Positions 18,844 through 29,376 of a stretch of 52,026 bases of DNA are shown piece by piece (position 1 is the first letter of the stretch; each line of letters starts with the position of its first letter). The stretch lies in contig SLDR01000016.1 of the NCBI GenBank assembly GCA_007125155.1, positions 1-52,026 on the forward strand. The letters run 5' to 3'. Source of the stretch: Candidatus Campbellbacteria bacterium. GTDB taxonomy: Bacteria > Patescibacteriota > Minisyncoccia > Phycocordibacterales > CSBR16-193. The notes beneath the pieces are model-generated. The model ran no database searches. It was not told the DNA's origin and saw only the letters and a list, made by a program, of their open reading frames with translations. The position numbers were made by a program, and so were the translations under genes.

Positions 18844-19296
18844 TCAAATCGTTTTGACCTCAATGCTAACCCCGGAAGGCAAGCTCATGTTCGTCAATGA
18901 TTCCATCACCTTCTGAGTCGGGTTTATGATATCGATGAGACGCTTGTGTATCCTGATCTCAAACTGCTCTTTTGACTTACTGTAGACAAAAGAAGCACGG
19001 TTTACCGAATACTTTTTGATCTCGGTGGGTAGGGGCACCGGACCTCGAACCTCGACATCAAATCGTAAAGCTATATCCATTATCTGCTGGACTGAGGCGT
19101 CAAGGATCCTGTACTCATATGCCTTTACCCTTATGCGCAACCGTGGCACCATTTCTTCTTCGGTCTTCCCTTTCAAGGTCTTTTTGGCCGTGGAAGATCC
19201 TTTTTTGACGCTTTTTCCGGCGCCTTTTGTGGAGCCCGATCTTTTTTCATCAACCTTCACCGAAGGTACTTTTTTCTTTTCTTTGCTTTCGTTCAT
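18844..19296 (-). CDS. rpsJ: 30S ribosomal protein S10 with a Lys-rich N-terminal extension
   Basis: LRIRVKAY, GPVPLPT and EQFEIRIHKRLID motifs. Confidence 0.96.
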   Translation of the reverse strand: MNESKEKKKVPSVKVDEKRSGSTKGAGKSVKKGSSTAKKTLKGKTEEEMVPRLRIRVKAYEYRILDASVQQIMDIALRFDVEVRGPVPLPTEIKKYSVNRASFVYSKSKEQFEIRIHKRLIDIINPTQKVMESLTNMSLPSGVSIEVKTI

Positions 19297-19298
19297 TA

Positions 19299-20492
19299 TT
19301 AAGATACGATCTTTGTTACAACTCCGGCACCGACGGTCTTACCTCCTTCACGAACGGCAAATCTCTGCTGCTCCTCCAGAGCCACAGGATCGGTCAACTG
19401 AACCTTAAAAGTAACCGTGTCTCCGGGCATGACCATCTCCACTCCTTCCGGCAGGTCGACCTTCCCGGTCACATCGGTGGTCCGAACATAGAACTGTGGT
19501 TTATAACCGCTGAAGAAAGGGGTGTGCCTTCCGCCCTCCTCTTTGCTTAAAATATACACCTCCGCCTCGAATTCAGTATGGGCCTTAACGGAACCGGGAG
19601 CGGCCAATACCTGACCACGATGAATTTCATCTTTCTTTTTACCTCGTAAAAGGATCCCGGCATTATCTCCGGCCATACCTTCTGAAAGGGATTTATTGAA
19701 CATTTCGATACCCGTAACGGCTGTTTTCTCGGTCTTTTCTTTTATACCGACTATCTCAACCTCATTACCGACCTTGATGATCCCTCTTTCTATTCGACCG
19801 GTAACAACGGTACCTCTACCTTCTATCGAGAATATGTCCTCAATGGGCATAAGGAATGGTTTGTCTGTATCACGCTCGGGCTGAGGTATGTACTCATCCA
19901 TCGCGCCGGTCAACTCCAATACACTCTTGGCCCACTGGCTGTTAACATCCTCGGCCTCCAAAGCTTTTAGGGCAGAACCGCGAACGACCGGGGCTTTTTC
20001 TCCCTCATAGCCGTACTTGTCCAGAAGCTCCCTTACTTCTTCTTCAACCAAGTCAATAAGCTCGGCGTCAGAGACCATGTCGCACTTGTTCAAAAATACG
20101 ATTATCTTGGGTACACCCACCTGGCGTGCAAGAAGGATGTGCTCTCTGGTTTGTGGCATAACACCGTCGGTTGCGGCAACAACAAGAACCGCACCGTCCA
20201 TCTGAGCGGCGCCTGTTATCATGTTCTTAATATAATCAGCGTGGCCGGGAGCATCTATATGGGCATAATGCCTGTTCTCCGTCTCATACTCATTGTGCGA
20301 AAGAGCGATCGTGATCCCTCTTTCTTTTTCTTCCGGAGCGGCATCGATCTGGTCAACGTTCTTAAGCCTTACGTTCTGACCTGATGATTGCAACACCTTA
20401 AGTATTGCCGCTGTTAAAGTAGTCTTACCATGGTCAACATGACCAATGGTTCCGACATTAACGTGTGGTTTGGTTCGATCGAATTCCACCAT
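19299..20492 (-). CDS. tuf: Elongation factor Tu
   Basis: [21 protein letters not shown] and REGGKTVG motifs. Confidence 0.99.
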   Translation of the reverse strand: MVEFDRTKPHVNVGTIGHVDHGKTTLTAAILKVLQSSGQNVRLKNVDQIDAAPEEKERGITIALSHNEYETENRHYAHIDAPGHADYIKNMITGAAQMDGAVLVVAATDGVMPQTREHILLARQVGVPKIIVFLNKCDMVSDAELIDLVEEEVRELLDKYGYEGEKAPVVRGSALKALEAEDVNSQWAKSVLELTGAMDEYIPQPERDTDKPFLMPIEDIFSIEGRGTVVTGRIERGIIKVGNEVEIVGIKEKTEKTAVTGIEMFNKSLSEGMAGDNAGILLRGKKKDEIHRGQVLAAPGSVKAHTEFEAEVYILSKEEGGRHTPFFSGYKPQFYVRTTDVTGKVDLPEGVEMVMPGDTVTFKVQLTDPVALEEQQRFAVREGGKTVGAGVVTKIVS

Positions 20493-20770
20493 AATTATTT
20501 TTTTAAATTAATAATAAATTTAAACGCCGTGTTTTAATTTTACAAGCTGGAAAGATCTTCCGATATTTTAATTCCTATGATCCTATCGACTTAAATAAAA
20601 AAGAATAAACCTTCTTTTTTATCTTCCTTTCCGGAACCATCTTTCGTTTTTCTCCGTAACTTGAAAATATAAGGCTTGCTTCCAATATCATATTTGCGCG
20701 TTTTATGATATTCGTGAAACAACGACATCATAAAGAAACGCGACGGGACAAGCCACACCGTCGTAGGCAA

Positions 20771-20800
20771 ATACTAGCAAAGCAAACAAGTAAATGTCAA
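20771..20800 (-). promoter_or_regulatory. Promoter of tuf
   Basis: TTGACA-18 nt-TAGTAT with extended TG. Confidence 0.65.
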
Positions 20801-21149
20801 CAATTTGGCGCGATAATTCTTTCACTTCATCCTTTCCCGTCCCATCGTTAGAGAAAATACCTTCAGCAAAGTTGAGATCTCTACTGTTGATATGCGACAA
20901 AAGAACCATAAAAACATCTCTGAACAAGTTTTTTAACGGTTTTACCTAAGATCTTTTGCGAAAAACCTATGCTTTGATCGCCAAATATCAGAGCTCAACA
21001 TGTCAAACACCTCTTAAAAAGTTTTGAACAGATAATCCACATTTTATCCACCGAATCGATTCATACGGATCCTTTCACATCGGGCTTAAGAGAAGATCGA
21101 GGTCTGCGAAGTATTCAATTTAAGAGCTTCAACCCGATCTTATGGTCCT

Positions 21150-23309
21150 CTATTTTTTTCTTAATGAGATCACCTCATCCGCCACATTTCGGGGGACGAT
21201 CGCGTAACGGTCGAATTCCATTGAAAAGTTGGCTCTTCCGGCCGTCATGGATCTTAACTGGGTTATGTAGCCGAACATTTCTGAAAGTGGGACGAAAGAG
21301 TGAATGACGGTGTCGTTGTGACCTCGTTCTTCCATTTTTTCTATCTGTCCTCGTTTGGAGTTAAGATCACTGTTCACATCTCCCATGAACTCGGTGGGAG
21401 TTACCACCTCAACGCGCATGATCGGTTCAAGAAGAACCGGTTTTGCTTTCACGGCACCTTCCTTGAAGGCCTGCGAAGCGGCTATCTGGTATGCGATCTC
21501 GGAAGAATCCACATCATGATAAGTTCCATCGATGAGCTCGCAAGACACATCGGTCATAGGAAATCCGGCCAATATTCCCCGATTCATAGCCTCAAAAACA
21601 CCCTTTTCCACCGCAGGAATGAATTCCTGAGGAATGACGCCTCCTTTAATGGAATTTATGAACTCGTAACCTTCTCTTCTTGATACGTTTTTGGCTTGTT
21701 TTTTATTAGCTTCATCTTCAGATATCTCAAGAGGTTTGATCACTATCTTGACATGACCGTACTGACCCCTACCACCCGTCTGTTTGATATGCTTATACTC
21801 CGCCTCCGCCGTATCGGTTATTGTCTCTTTATACGCCACCTGGGGCTTGCCTATCCCGGCTTCTACGGAGAATTCTCTTTTCATCCTGTCTACAATGATA
21901 TCCAAATGAAGCTCGCCCATTCCCCATATGACGGTTTCTCCCGTCTCATCCGATGTCGTGACCCTGAATGTGGGGTCCTCGGCTGAAAGTCTGCTTAAGG
22001 CCATTCCCATCTTCTCCTGATCAGCTTTTGTTTTAGGCTCTATCCTCATGGATACCACCGGTTCCGGAAACTCTATCTTCTCGAGTTCTATCGGATGCCC
22101 TTCGTCACAAAGAGTGTCCGAGGTTGTCGTCTGCTTCAATCCGACCGCGGCGGCTATTTCACCGGCATATACCTCATCAACCTCTTCACGATGGTTGGAG
22201 TGCATCCTGACGACTCTCCCTATCCTCTCTTTTACCCCTTTTGAGGCATTATATACATAAGATCCGGCCTTAAGTTTTCCCGAATAAACCCTGAAATAAG
22301 TGAGTTGACCGACATAAGGGTCTGTCTGTAATTTAAATGCCAACGCGGCAAAAGGTTCATCGTCCCCAGCCTTTCGAGACACCTCCTCTCCGGACTTCGG
22401 GTGAACACCCACGATCGGCGGAACATCCAAAGGAGAAGGAAGATAATCCACGACTGCATCGAGCATAAGCTGGACACCTTTATTCTTTAAAGCCGAACCG
22501 CATAAGACCAGAACGATCTCATTGCTCAAAACCGCCTTCCTCAAGACCTTCTTTGTTTCTTCAAGCGGAATATTCCCCGTTTCAAGGAATTTCTCCATCA
22601 TTTCTTCATCGTTCTCGACAATTTTTTCCATCAACTCATTTTTCAATTTGGCCACATCCTCTTTGTACTCATCGGGAACATCACGGACCTGAATGTCCTC
22701 GCCCATTTTACCCTCAAAGTAATAAGCCTTTTCCGTCAGGAGGTCTATGATGCCTTCATGGTTCTCTCCTTCGCCTATCGGTATCTGTGCACGAACCGCA
22801 TTGGGGGTCAAGCGATCGATTATGGTCTTGAATGATCGCTCAAAACTGGCACCCGTACGATCAAGCTTATTAACGAAACATATGCGAGGAACCTTATACT
22901 TATCAGCCTGCTTCCACACGGTCTCGGACTGAGGTTCAACACCGGCAACCCCGTCAAAAACCACAACACCTCCGTCAAGGACCTTCATCGACCTTTCCAC
23001 CTCAACCGTAAAGTCAACGTGTCCGGGAGTATCTATTATATTAAAACGGTATTGATTCTTTTTGTCCTTTCTTTCTTCTATCCAACTGGGGGCCCAAAAA
23101 GCGGTTGTCGCCGCAGAGGTTATTGTGATACCTCTTTCTTTCTCCTGCTCCATCCAATCCATGATAGCTTCACCGGCGTGAGTCTCCCCCATTTTGTGGG
23201 AAATACCGGTATAAAAAAGTATCCTCTCACTTACAGTGGTCTTACCGGCATCGATGTGAGCAATAATGCCAAAATTTCTTACTTTTTCTAGTTCAAAGTC
23301 TCTTGCCAT
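21150..23309 (-). CDS. fusA: Elongation factor G
   Basis: [24 protein letters not shown] and YHDVDSS motifs. Confidence 0.99.
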   Translation of the reverse strand: MARDFELEKVRNFGIIAHIDAGKTTVSERILFYTGISHKMGETHAGEAIMDWMEQEKERGITITSAATTAFWAPSWIEERKDKKNQYRFNIIDTPGHVDFTVEVERSMKVLDGGVVVFDGVAGVEPQSETVWKQADKYKVPRICFVNKLDRTGASFERSFKTIIDRLTPNAVRAQIPIGEGENHEGIIDLLTEKAYYFEGKMGEDIQVRDVPDEYKEDVAKLKNELMEKIVENDEEMMEKFLETGNIPLEETKKVLRKAVLSNEIVLVLCGSALKNKGVQLMLDAVVDYLPSPLDVPPIVGVHPKSGEEVSRKAGDDEPFAALAFKLQTDPYVGQLTYFRVYSGKLKAGSYVYNASKGVKERIGRVVRMHSNHREEVDEVYAGEIAAAVGLKQTTTSDTLCDEGHPIELEKIEFPEPVVSMRIEPKTKADQEKMGMALSRLSAEDPTFRVTTSDETGETVIWGMGELHLDIIVDRMKREFSVEAGIGKPQVAYKETITDTAEAEYKHIKQTGGRGQYGHVKIVIKPLEISEDEANKKQAKNVSRREGYEFINSIKGGVIPQEFIPAVEKGVFEAMNRGILAGFPMTDVSCELIDGTYHDVDSSEIAYQIAASQAFKEGAVKAKPVLLEPIMRVEVVTPTEFMGDVNSDLNSKRGQIEKMEERGHNDTVIHSFVPLSEMFGYITQLRSMTAGRANFSMEFDRYAIVPRNVADEVISLRKK

Positions 23310-23347
23310 ATTTTATTGAAACAGCTTATAAATAAGATCAAAAGGTT

Positions 23348-23818
23348 CTACCATGCAAAATGAGCGAATGCTTTGTTCGCTTCCGCCATCTTATGGGTGT
23401 TTTCCTTTTTGGTAACGGCCTCTCCTTCATTCTTGCTGGCCAGTATCATTTCAGAGGCAAGCTTTTTGTAAGACGGCATTCCGGACTTTGAACGAGCGGC
23501 GTTTATTATCCACTTCATTGCCAAGGCCTGCCTTCTTTCGGGGCGAACTTCTTTTGGAACCTGATAGCTGGCCCCACCAACTCTTCTGGACCGAACCTCC
23601 ATTACCGGCCCGGCATTCTTAATGGCCTCATAAAAGACCTCAAGAGGCTCATCGGTTCCGGTTTCTTTTTTTATCTCTTCAAGGGCCGAATATACCACCT
23701 TTCTAGCGGTGTGTTTTTTCCCGTCAAGCATTACATAATTGATGAATTTTTCGACCTTTTCCGACTGATGTCGGTAATCGGGTTTGACCGGAGGTCTTTT
23801 TTTGATCGGACTTCTCAT
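23348..23818 (-). CDS. rpsG: 30S ribosomal protein S7
   Basis: RRVGGASYQVP; HKMAEANKAFAH. Confidence 0.98.
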   Translation of the reverse strand: MRSPIKKRPPVKPDYRHQSEKVEKFINYVMLDGKKHTARKVVYSALEEIKKETGTDEPLEVFYEAIKNAGPVMEVRSRRVGGASYQVPKEVRPERRQALAMKWIINAARSKSGMPSYKKLASEMILASKNEGEAVTKKENTHKMAEANKAFAHFAW

Positions 23819-23821
23819 ATG

Positions 23822-24226
23822 TTAACCTTTTTTAGTTCCATAAAGACTTCTGCTTTGTTTTCGGCCTTGAACTCCACCGGCATCGAGCTTACCTCGAACT
23901 ATCGTATAACGAAGACCGATATCCTTCACTCTTCCGCCTCGAACAAGAACAACGGAGTGTTCCTGAAGTCCATGACCAATGCCGGGGATATAGGCAGTTA
24001 TCTCCATGCCGTTCGTCAAACGAACCCTCGCAACTTTACGGATGGCCGAGTTGGGCTTCTTCGGATTCTTGGTGGTAACTCTTATACAGACACCTCGTTT
24101 GAAGGGGGATGGATAGAAGGTCGGCTTGTTCTTACGCGTATTGAAACCACGAGCCAAAGCCACCGCCTTAGACTTTTTGCGGATCTTCTTGCGTCCATTT
24201 CTTACTAATTGATTTATTGTCGGCAT
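23822..24226 (-). CDS. rpsL: 30S ribosomal protein S12
   Basis: [16 protein letters not shown] and LQEHS motifs. Confidence 0.98.
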   Translation of the reverse strand: MPTINQLVRNGRKKIRKKSKAVALARGFNTRKNKPTFYPSPFKRGVCIRVTTKNPKKPNSAIRKVARVRLTNGMEITAYIPGIGHGLQEHSVVLVRGGRVKDIGLRYTIVRGKLDAGGVQGRKQSRSLYGTKKG

Positions 24227-24488
24227 GATACAAAAAAATAAACTTCACACGAAGTCATATTCAACCTCGAACGATAGCAAATAGGTTATTATAAGTTAAA
24301 GAAAAAAGCAAGTTTTTTATGTCGAATGAACTTGCGGATATCCCTCTAAGCACCAAGGCCGTTAATAAAAATCTATTACTCCTCGGCTTAAGTAAAAGAA
24401 CCGCCATAACTTGTGGCAAATTCTTCATCTGTGAGGATCGAAACAGAGTTCGAGTTAAGGATCCGAATAAAGGTGAAAGGCTTCGGAT

Positions 24489-25151
24489 CTAAGGAGAGAA
24501 GAATCTATCCAGAGTTTCCATTATCAATCCGACATCACCCGTTAAAGCGGTGAATATCAAAGCCAATAAACCTATAATAAAAGGAAAGATGATCCCCCCG
24601 GCCAATATGACGGCGGCCAATACGATCAAAAGACCGTATCTTTCAAGGAACATCCGCGCCTCCGAGACCTTTACCGATCTCGGAAGAAGGTCGAAAAGTA
24701 TCTTCGACCCGTCCAACGGTGGCAGAGGTATCAGGTTAAAAATGGCGATGATTATATTAATAATTACTATCAAGCTGGCAAGCAATATCGCATCTTCGGA
24801 AAGGGTGCCCGCCCCGAAACGAACAACCAGACCAAAAATTAGGGCCACCACCAAATTTGAAGCCGGACCTGCGGCGGCCACGAGAGACTCCCCCCACCGC
24901 TGGTTATTAAGGTTGTAAGGATTATAAGGTACCGGTTTTGCCCATCCAAGGATAACGCCGACCGGTAAAATATAAAGAATTAGCGGTACGATGAAGGAAC
25001 CGACGGGATCCAGGTGCTTGATCGGATTCATCGTGAGCCTTCCGGCATACTTGGCGGTCGGATCACCTTGAGCGAGAGCGGCATACCCATGAGCGAGTTC
25101 ATGAATGACTATAGAGAGTATAAGAACAACTATTACAAAGAGAAACTCCAT
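24489..25151 (-). CDS. Site-2 protease (M50 family)
   Basis: HELAH, AAGPASN and FNLIPLPPLDG motifs. Confidence 0.93.
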   Translation of the reverse strand: MEFLFVIVVLILSIVIHELAHGYAALAQGDPTAKYAGRLTMNPIKHLDPVGSFIVPLILYILPVGVILGWAKPVPYNPYNLNNQRWGESLVAAAGPASNLVVALIFGLVVRFGAGTLSEDAILLASLIVIINIIIAIFNLIPLPPLDGSKILFDLLPRSVKVSEARMFLERYGLLIVLAAVILAGGIIFPFIIGLLALIFTALTGDVGLIMETLDRFFSP

Positions 25152-25210
25152 TATATATGTTTACTTTACAGGTTATTCATGATAGCATAACGGTTCATAA
25201 ATTAAAAATC

Positions 25211-25453
25211 ATGGCAAAGATCTGTCCGATAACAAATAAAAGCAGTCAAGTGGGAGGCAAATATTCCAACCGCGTCCGAGCAACCCAGTTCAATCCGACC
25301 GGTAAATACAGAAGAAAAGCCAATATTCAGAAAAAACGAATATATATTCCGGAGCTCAAAAAAACGGTGACTGTCAGCATTTCAACCAAAGGATTGAAGA
25401 CGATCCAAAAAAAAGGAGCCTATAAAACACTGAAGGAGGCCGGGGTGATCTAG
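25211..25453 (+). CDS. rpmB: 50S ribosomal protein L28
   Basis: MAKICPIT...RRKANIQKK...ISTKGLKTI. Confidence 0.85.
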   Translation: MAKICPITNKSSQVGGKYSNRVRATQFNPTGKYRRKANIQKKRIYIPELKKTVTVSISTKGLKTIQKKGAYKTLKEAGVI

Positions 25454-25547
25454 ATCGACACCAACTAACTAACGGAGAGACGAAGAGAGTAGCGAGCCTC
25501 TCTATCTTTCGTCATTCGTTCATTTAAGATAAAAAGGTAAATGTTAT

Positions 25548-26423
25548 CTATTTTATCCTTTCAATTCCGTGTTCATTGGAGATGAACACTATGTTGCCAT
25601 CATTGGGAGTCTCCAGGACTTCGGCACCCACATACTCAAACGCTTCCAAGGCCTCACTGTGAGGGTGGCCGTATCGATTGTTAACACCTGCCGAGACCAC
25701 AACATACTCGGGCATTACGGAGTTGAGCAGGTCGAAACTGTTGGATGTCCGCGAACCGTGATGTCCGGCCTGAAAAACGTCGCTTCTCAATCTTTCGCCG
25801 TCCATATCGACCATATACTCTTCAATGGCGACAAAGGCGTCTCCGGTAAAAAGAAAAGAATTGCCTCCGTGCTTGACCTTTGCCCAGACGGAGGCGTTAT
25901 CGGGGTCCAGTGCTCGGGTATTTCTGTCCGGAAATAAAATATATACCTTTACTTCTCGGCTCAGATTCACGATCATACCCCTTCTGGCGTAGATCTTATC
26001 AACATTATTCTCTTCAAGAGCAATGAGATAGTCCTTGACCACCCCGGTGGTGTGACCCGAACCCGAATCCAACACCAATCCGACGTCGACATATTCCAAA
26101 AGAGCGACCAAACCGTCCATGTGATCCGAATGGGGATGAGTCACCAAAACAACATCTATCCGCTGGTCATAAAAAGGTAGCAGACCCGCCACCGTGTCCG
26201 CCGTTGATCTTCCGCCACCCACATCTATCAGCATTCGATTACCGGTGGCCGTTTCAATAAAAGTGGCATCGGCCTGACCCACTGCCAAATAATGGATGGT
26301 GAGAGGTGGCCGTGATCCTTCAATGAAGATAATGGAATAGACCAGAATATTCAAGGTCAACAGCGTCACGACCGCGATCGTGTAGGAAGTGCAACTCACA
26401 GCTATTCCCAAACCTCTTTTCAT
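25548..26423 (-). CDS. ComEC/Rec2-type metallo-beta-lactamase-fold nuclease domain protein
   Basis: VGQADA, THPHSDH, LFTGD, GHHGS and NRYGHP motifs; N-terminal TM segment. Confidence 0.9.
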   Translation of the reverse strand: MKRGLGIAVSCTSYTIAVVTLLTLNILVYSIIFIEGSRPPLTIHYLAVGQADATFIETATGNRMLIDVGGGRSTADTVAGLLPFYDQRIDVVLVTHPHSDHMDGLVALLEYVDVGLVLDSGSGHTTGVVKDYLIALEENNVDKIYARRGMIVNLSREVKVYILFPDRNTRALDPDNASVWAKVKHGGNSFLFTGDAFVAIEEYMVDMDGERLRSDVFQAGHHGSRTSNSFDLLNSVMPEYVVVSAGVNNRYGHPHSEALEAFEYVGAEVLETPNDGNIVFISNEHGIERIK

Positions 26424-26444
26424 GCTTGTTCTATAATAACCAAC

Positions 26445-27977
26445 ATGGGTTTCTTTGTTAAATACATTATACCGGCGGGGTCGAGTTTTGCCGTTGGAAT
26501 ATTGTTAACTTCTCTCTTTGATCATTATTTCATCTTTTTTCTTTTTACCTTGATATCAATATCCTTTTTGGCGACCCTTTACTCTCTGGACGTAAAAAGG
26601 TCTGAGATGTCGCCGATCTTCATTCTTATCATTATCTTTTTATGGACGGGCGGTATCTATGCCGAGAGTAAAATGGACCTGTCGGGGAAGAATATCGAAA
26701 GGATGGTGGCCGATGAGGTGGTCAAGGTTGTTTCAGAGAGTAAAACAGCCGGAGAACTTTCTCGATATACCGTCCGACTTGATGACGGAACAAAGGTTCT
26801 CCTTACCACTCACATTTATCCCAAATTCTCATACGGCACCAAATTGAAAGTAAGCGGTGAGATCCGTAAGGCGCCCGTCTTTGAAAATTTCAACTACCGG
26901 GCCTATCTTAGAAAGGAGGGTATCGATGCCATAATGTATATGCCAAAGATCAGGGTCGAGGATGAGGGCGAGAGATCAGTTGCGAGTTTGATGTACTCGG
27001 TTAAAGACTCTTTGCGAACTTCCTTGCACTCATCTCTTCCCTACCCTCATAACACGATAGCCGGAGCAATGATACTGGGAGACGGAGACCGGGTGCCGGA
27101 GGAAATAGGATCCCTTTTCAGCTCAACCGGCATAAGACACATCATAGCCATATCCGGCATGCACGTAACGATAATCGCCGGGATCATTCTGGTCCTGTTC
27201 TCTTCTTTGATCAGCCACAACAGGAGCATTTCATTCTATGCGGTATCTTTATTGATAGTGATCTTCGTTTTTTTTGTCGGCGCACCGGCATCGGCGGTTC
27301 GAGCGGGAATAATGGCCATAATATTCCTGTTCGCCTTTAAAACGGGAAAAATATACGATGCCCCAAGAGCTCTTTTTATAGCGGGCGTCTTAATGCTTGC
27401 CATCAACCCCCTTCTTTTGGTCTACGATATCGGTTTCCAACTTTCATTTCTTGCCGTATTCGGAATACTTTACCTAACTCCGCATTTCGAAAGGATCCTT
27501 GGACGTAACGAGTCTTTTTTAACATCTGAAAATACTCTTTCTTCATTGAAAGACGGATTGATCTCGTTATTGTCGGTCTCGCTCGGAGCACACTTGGCAA
27601 CTCTGCCTATCGTGGCTTACAATTTCGGAATAATATCTTTTTCCGCTCCAATGGCGAACCTTATAGCGGTACCGCTGTTGCCTGTCGTTATAATAAGCTC
27701 CTTTTCGGCTGCCTTTTCAGGGATGTTCGTGTCCTTTCTGGGGTCCCTTTTCGCCCTACCGGCTCTCATGGCTCTGGAGGTCATACTTCAGAGTGCTCGC
27801 TTACTGGATGCCTTGCCGATGAGTAGCTTGGAGCTTGAGATCCATGTCATATGGGTCGTTGCAACGTACATTATCATTATTTCGTTGCTTGCATTTCCAA
27901 ATTTTAAAAACTATCTCTTCAAGCCGACCAATCCCTTATCAGTTCCCGCTCCTCGTCAGGAGAATAAACCTTTTTAA
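26445..27977 (+). CDS. comEC: ComEC DNA-uptake channel (OB and Competence domains)
   Basis: GIRHIIAISGMH, SAVRAGIM, GFQLSFLA and ANL motifs. Confidence 0.92.
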   Translation: MGFFVKYIIPAGSSFAVGILLTSLFDHYFIFFLFTLISISFLATLYSLDVKRSEMSPIFILIIIFLWTGGIYAESKMDLSGKNIERMVADEVVKVVSESKTAGELSRYTVRLDDGTKVLLTTHIYPKFSYGTKLKVSGEIRKAPVFENFNYRAYLRKEGIDAIMYMPKIRVEDEGERSVASLMYSVKDSLRTSLHSSLPYPHNTIAGAMILGDGDRVPEEIGSLFSSTGIRHIIAISGMHVTIIAGIILVLFSSLISHNRSISFYAVSLLIVIFVFFVGAPASAVRAGIMAIIFLFAFKTGKIYDAPRALFIAGVLMLAINPLLLVYDIGFQLSFLAVFGILYLTPHFERILGRNESFLTSENTLSSLKDGLISLLSVSLGAHLATLPIVAYNFGIISFSAPMANLIAVPLLPVVIISSFSAAFSGMFVSFLGSLFALPALMALEVILQSARLLDALPMSSLELEIHVIWVVATYIIIISLLAFPNFKNYLFKPTNPLSVPAPRQENKPF

Positions 27978-28668
27978 AACGGGCGCCTGAGATGCCTTCC
28001 ACCCTTTTCTTACAGTCATCCCAGCTCTTATGAGATCGAACCTCCCCTTCGACCGAACTTACGTAAGAGTAAGCTTTGGCGGAAGAACGGCTACCCGCCT
28101 TGATCTCTTTTTTCGTAAGTGTCTGTTCCAATGAAAAGATATTTTTACCATATTCTTCGAAACTTACATCCTTAAGACCGGGGTCTTTACCGTCGGCGAA
28201 CGCACATGCGATCTCATCCGCACGCTCGTTACCGACCACACCGGTGTGACCTGAAACATGCTTCCAAGAAATTGACATATTCCCCATTAGCGCTTTCAGC
28301 TCCTTCCACAGGTCCTCGTTTTTAACAGGATCGCCATCTCTCTTTCTCCACCCCCTCTTCTCCCATAGACCGATCCACTCGGTAACGCCTTTTACAAGAT
28401 ATTCGGAATCGGTGTAAACGGTCAACAGAGGACGACTTTTTTCATTCATATATCTTTCGATAACATACCTTAGCGCTTCTATTACCGCCTTCATTTCCAT
28501 TCTGTTGTTCGTCGTGTCGTCCTCCCTCCCTCCGAGTTCAACAACCCTTCTTTCCTGTTTCGATTTACCCGGAAAAACGATCACGGAGCCCCATCCGCCG
28601 GGACCGGGATTTCCTCGAGATGACCCATCGGTAAATATGATAATATGTTCTCCGGCATTTTTCGTCAT
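27919..28668 (-). CDS. rnhA: Ribonuclease HI with a C-terminal hybrid-binding-like domain
   Basis: FTDGS..GNPG, TTNNRME, TDSEY, GH and NERAD; C-terminal SWDDCKKRVEG..GARFKK. Confidence 0.93.
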   Translation of the reverse strand: MTKNAGEHIIIFTDGSSRGNPGPGGWGSVIVFPGKSKQERRVVELGGREDDTTNNRMEMKAVIEALRYVIERYMNEKSRPLLTVYTDSEYLVKGVTEWIGLWEKRGWRKRDGDPVKNEDLWKELKALMGNMSISWKHVSGHTGVVGNERADEIACAFADGKDPGLKDVSFEEYGKNIFSLEQTLTKKEIKAGSRSSAKAYSYVSSVEGEVRSHKSWDDCKKRVEGISGARFKKVYSPDEERELIRDWSA

Positions 28669-28720
28669 AAGAAATATTATACATTGTAGTTTTTGAAAAG
28701 AAAAAATTTAAAGTTTTTTG

Positions 28721-28785
28721 TTGACAAAATTCTTTCAAGTATGTATTCTTTTACAAGCAATTTACTGTAATGTCAATTACAGTAA
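28721..28785 (+). promoter_or_regulatory. Promoter and palindrome heading the exported-protein cassette
   Basis: TTGACA-17 nt-TATTCT, then TTACTGTAAT-GTCA-ATTACAGTAA. Confidence 0.6.
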
Positions 28786-28836
28786 CGATCTTGCTCATTG
28801 AAAATTCATGAAACTTATATAATAAGGAGGTAAGAA

Positions 28837-29376
28837 ATGCAACAAAGACTGGCGTTCCTTTTGGGACTTGCTTTATTGGTCCTATCCGGATGCTCAGCCA
28901 AACAACCTCAAATAGTCTTCGATGACGGGACTCCCGCGCCAACAACGGTCTACATGGAAAGAAATTTCCAGACCGGAATCTCGGTGGAAGCTTACATTGC
29001 AAGAATATTGCTGGAGGAAGAAGGGTCTCGAATGGTTCCCGCTGATTATTTAAGATTGGGATTCAACGAGTTCCAAGAGCTCCCCAAGGATACTTTCGCT
29101 GTTGGCGGAAGAGTCAGAATAGTGAATCCAAATGAAAGGCCCTACACTCTATTCGTAGTCTATACAATAGACTACAAGGAAGAATCTTGGCCTTACACAG
29201 TTTCCCGAACTCTCTACATGGGAAGATCGGAAGACGGAACATTCTCCGTAAAAAGAGAGATCGAGGATACCAATCCACGGATAAACATGCGGATCGCAAT
29301 TTTGGAAGGTGAAAGTCATCAGTTTAAAGAGGAGAAGGTCCTGTTTGATTTTGAAACAGCCTTCATAAGAAAATAA
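28837..29376 (+). CDS. Hypothetical lipoprotein
   Basis: Signal peptide with lipobox LSGC; AAGGAGG Shine-Dalgarno. Confidence 0.8.
   Translation: MQQRLAFLLGLALLVLSGCSAKQPQIVFDDGTPAPTTVYMERNFQTGISVEAYIARILLEEEGSRMVPADYLRLGFNEFQELPKDTFAVGGRVRIVNPNERPYTLFVVYTIDYKEESWPYTVSRTLYMGRSEDGTFSVKREIEDTNPRINMRIAILEGESHQFKEEKVLFDFETAFIRK

Noticed and set aside
20741-20752. 12-nt match (CTTGTCCCGTCG) between the tuf leader and the REP-like insert at 51160
   Set aside because: Short enough to arise by chance, and the flanks do not align
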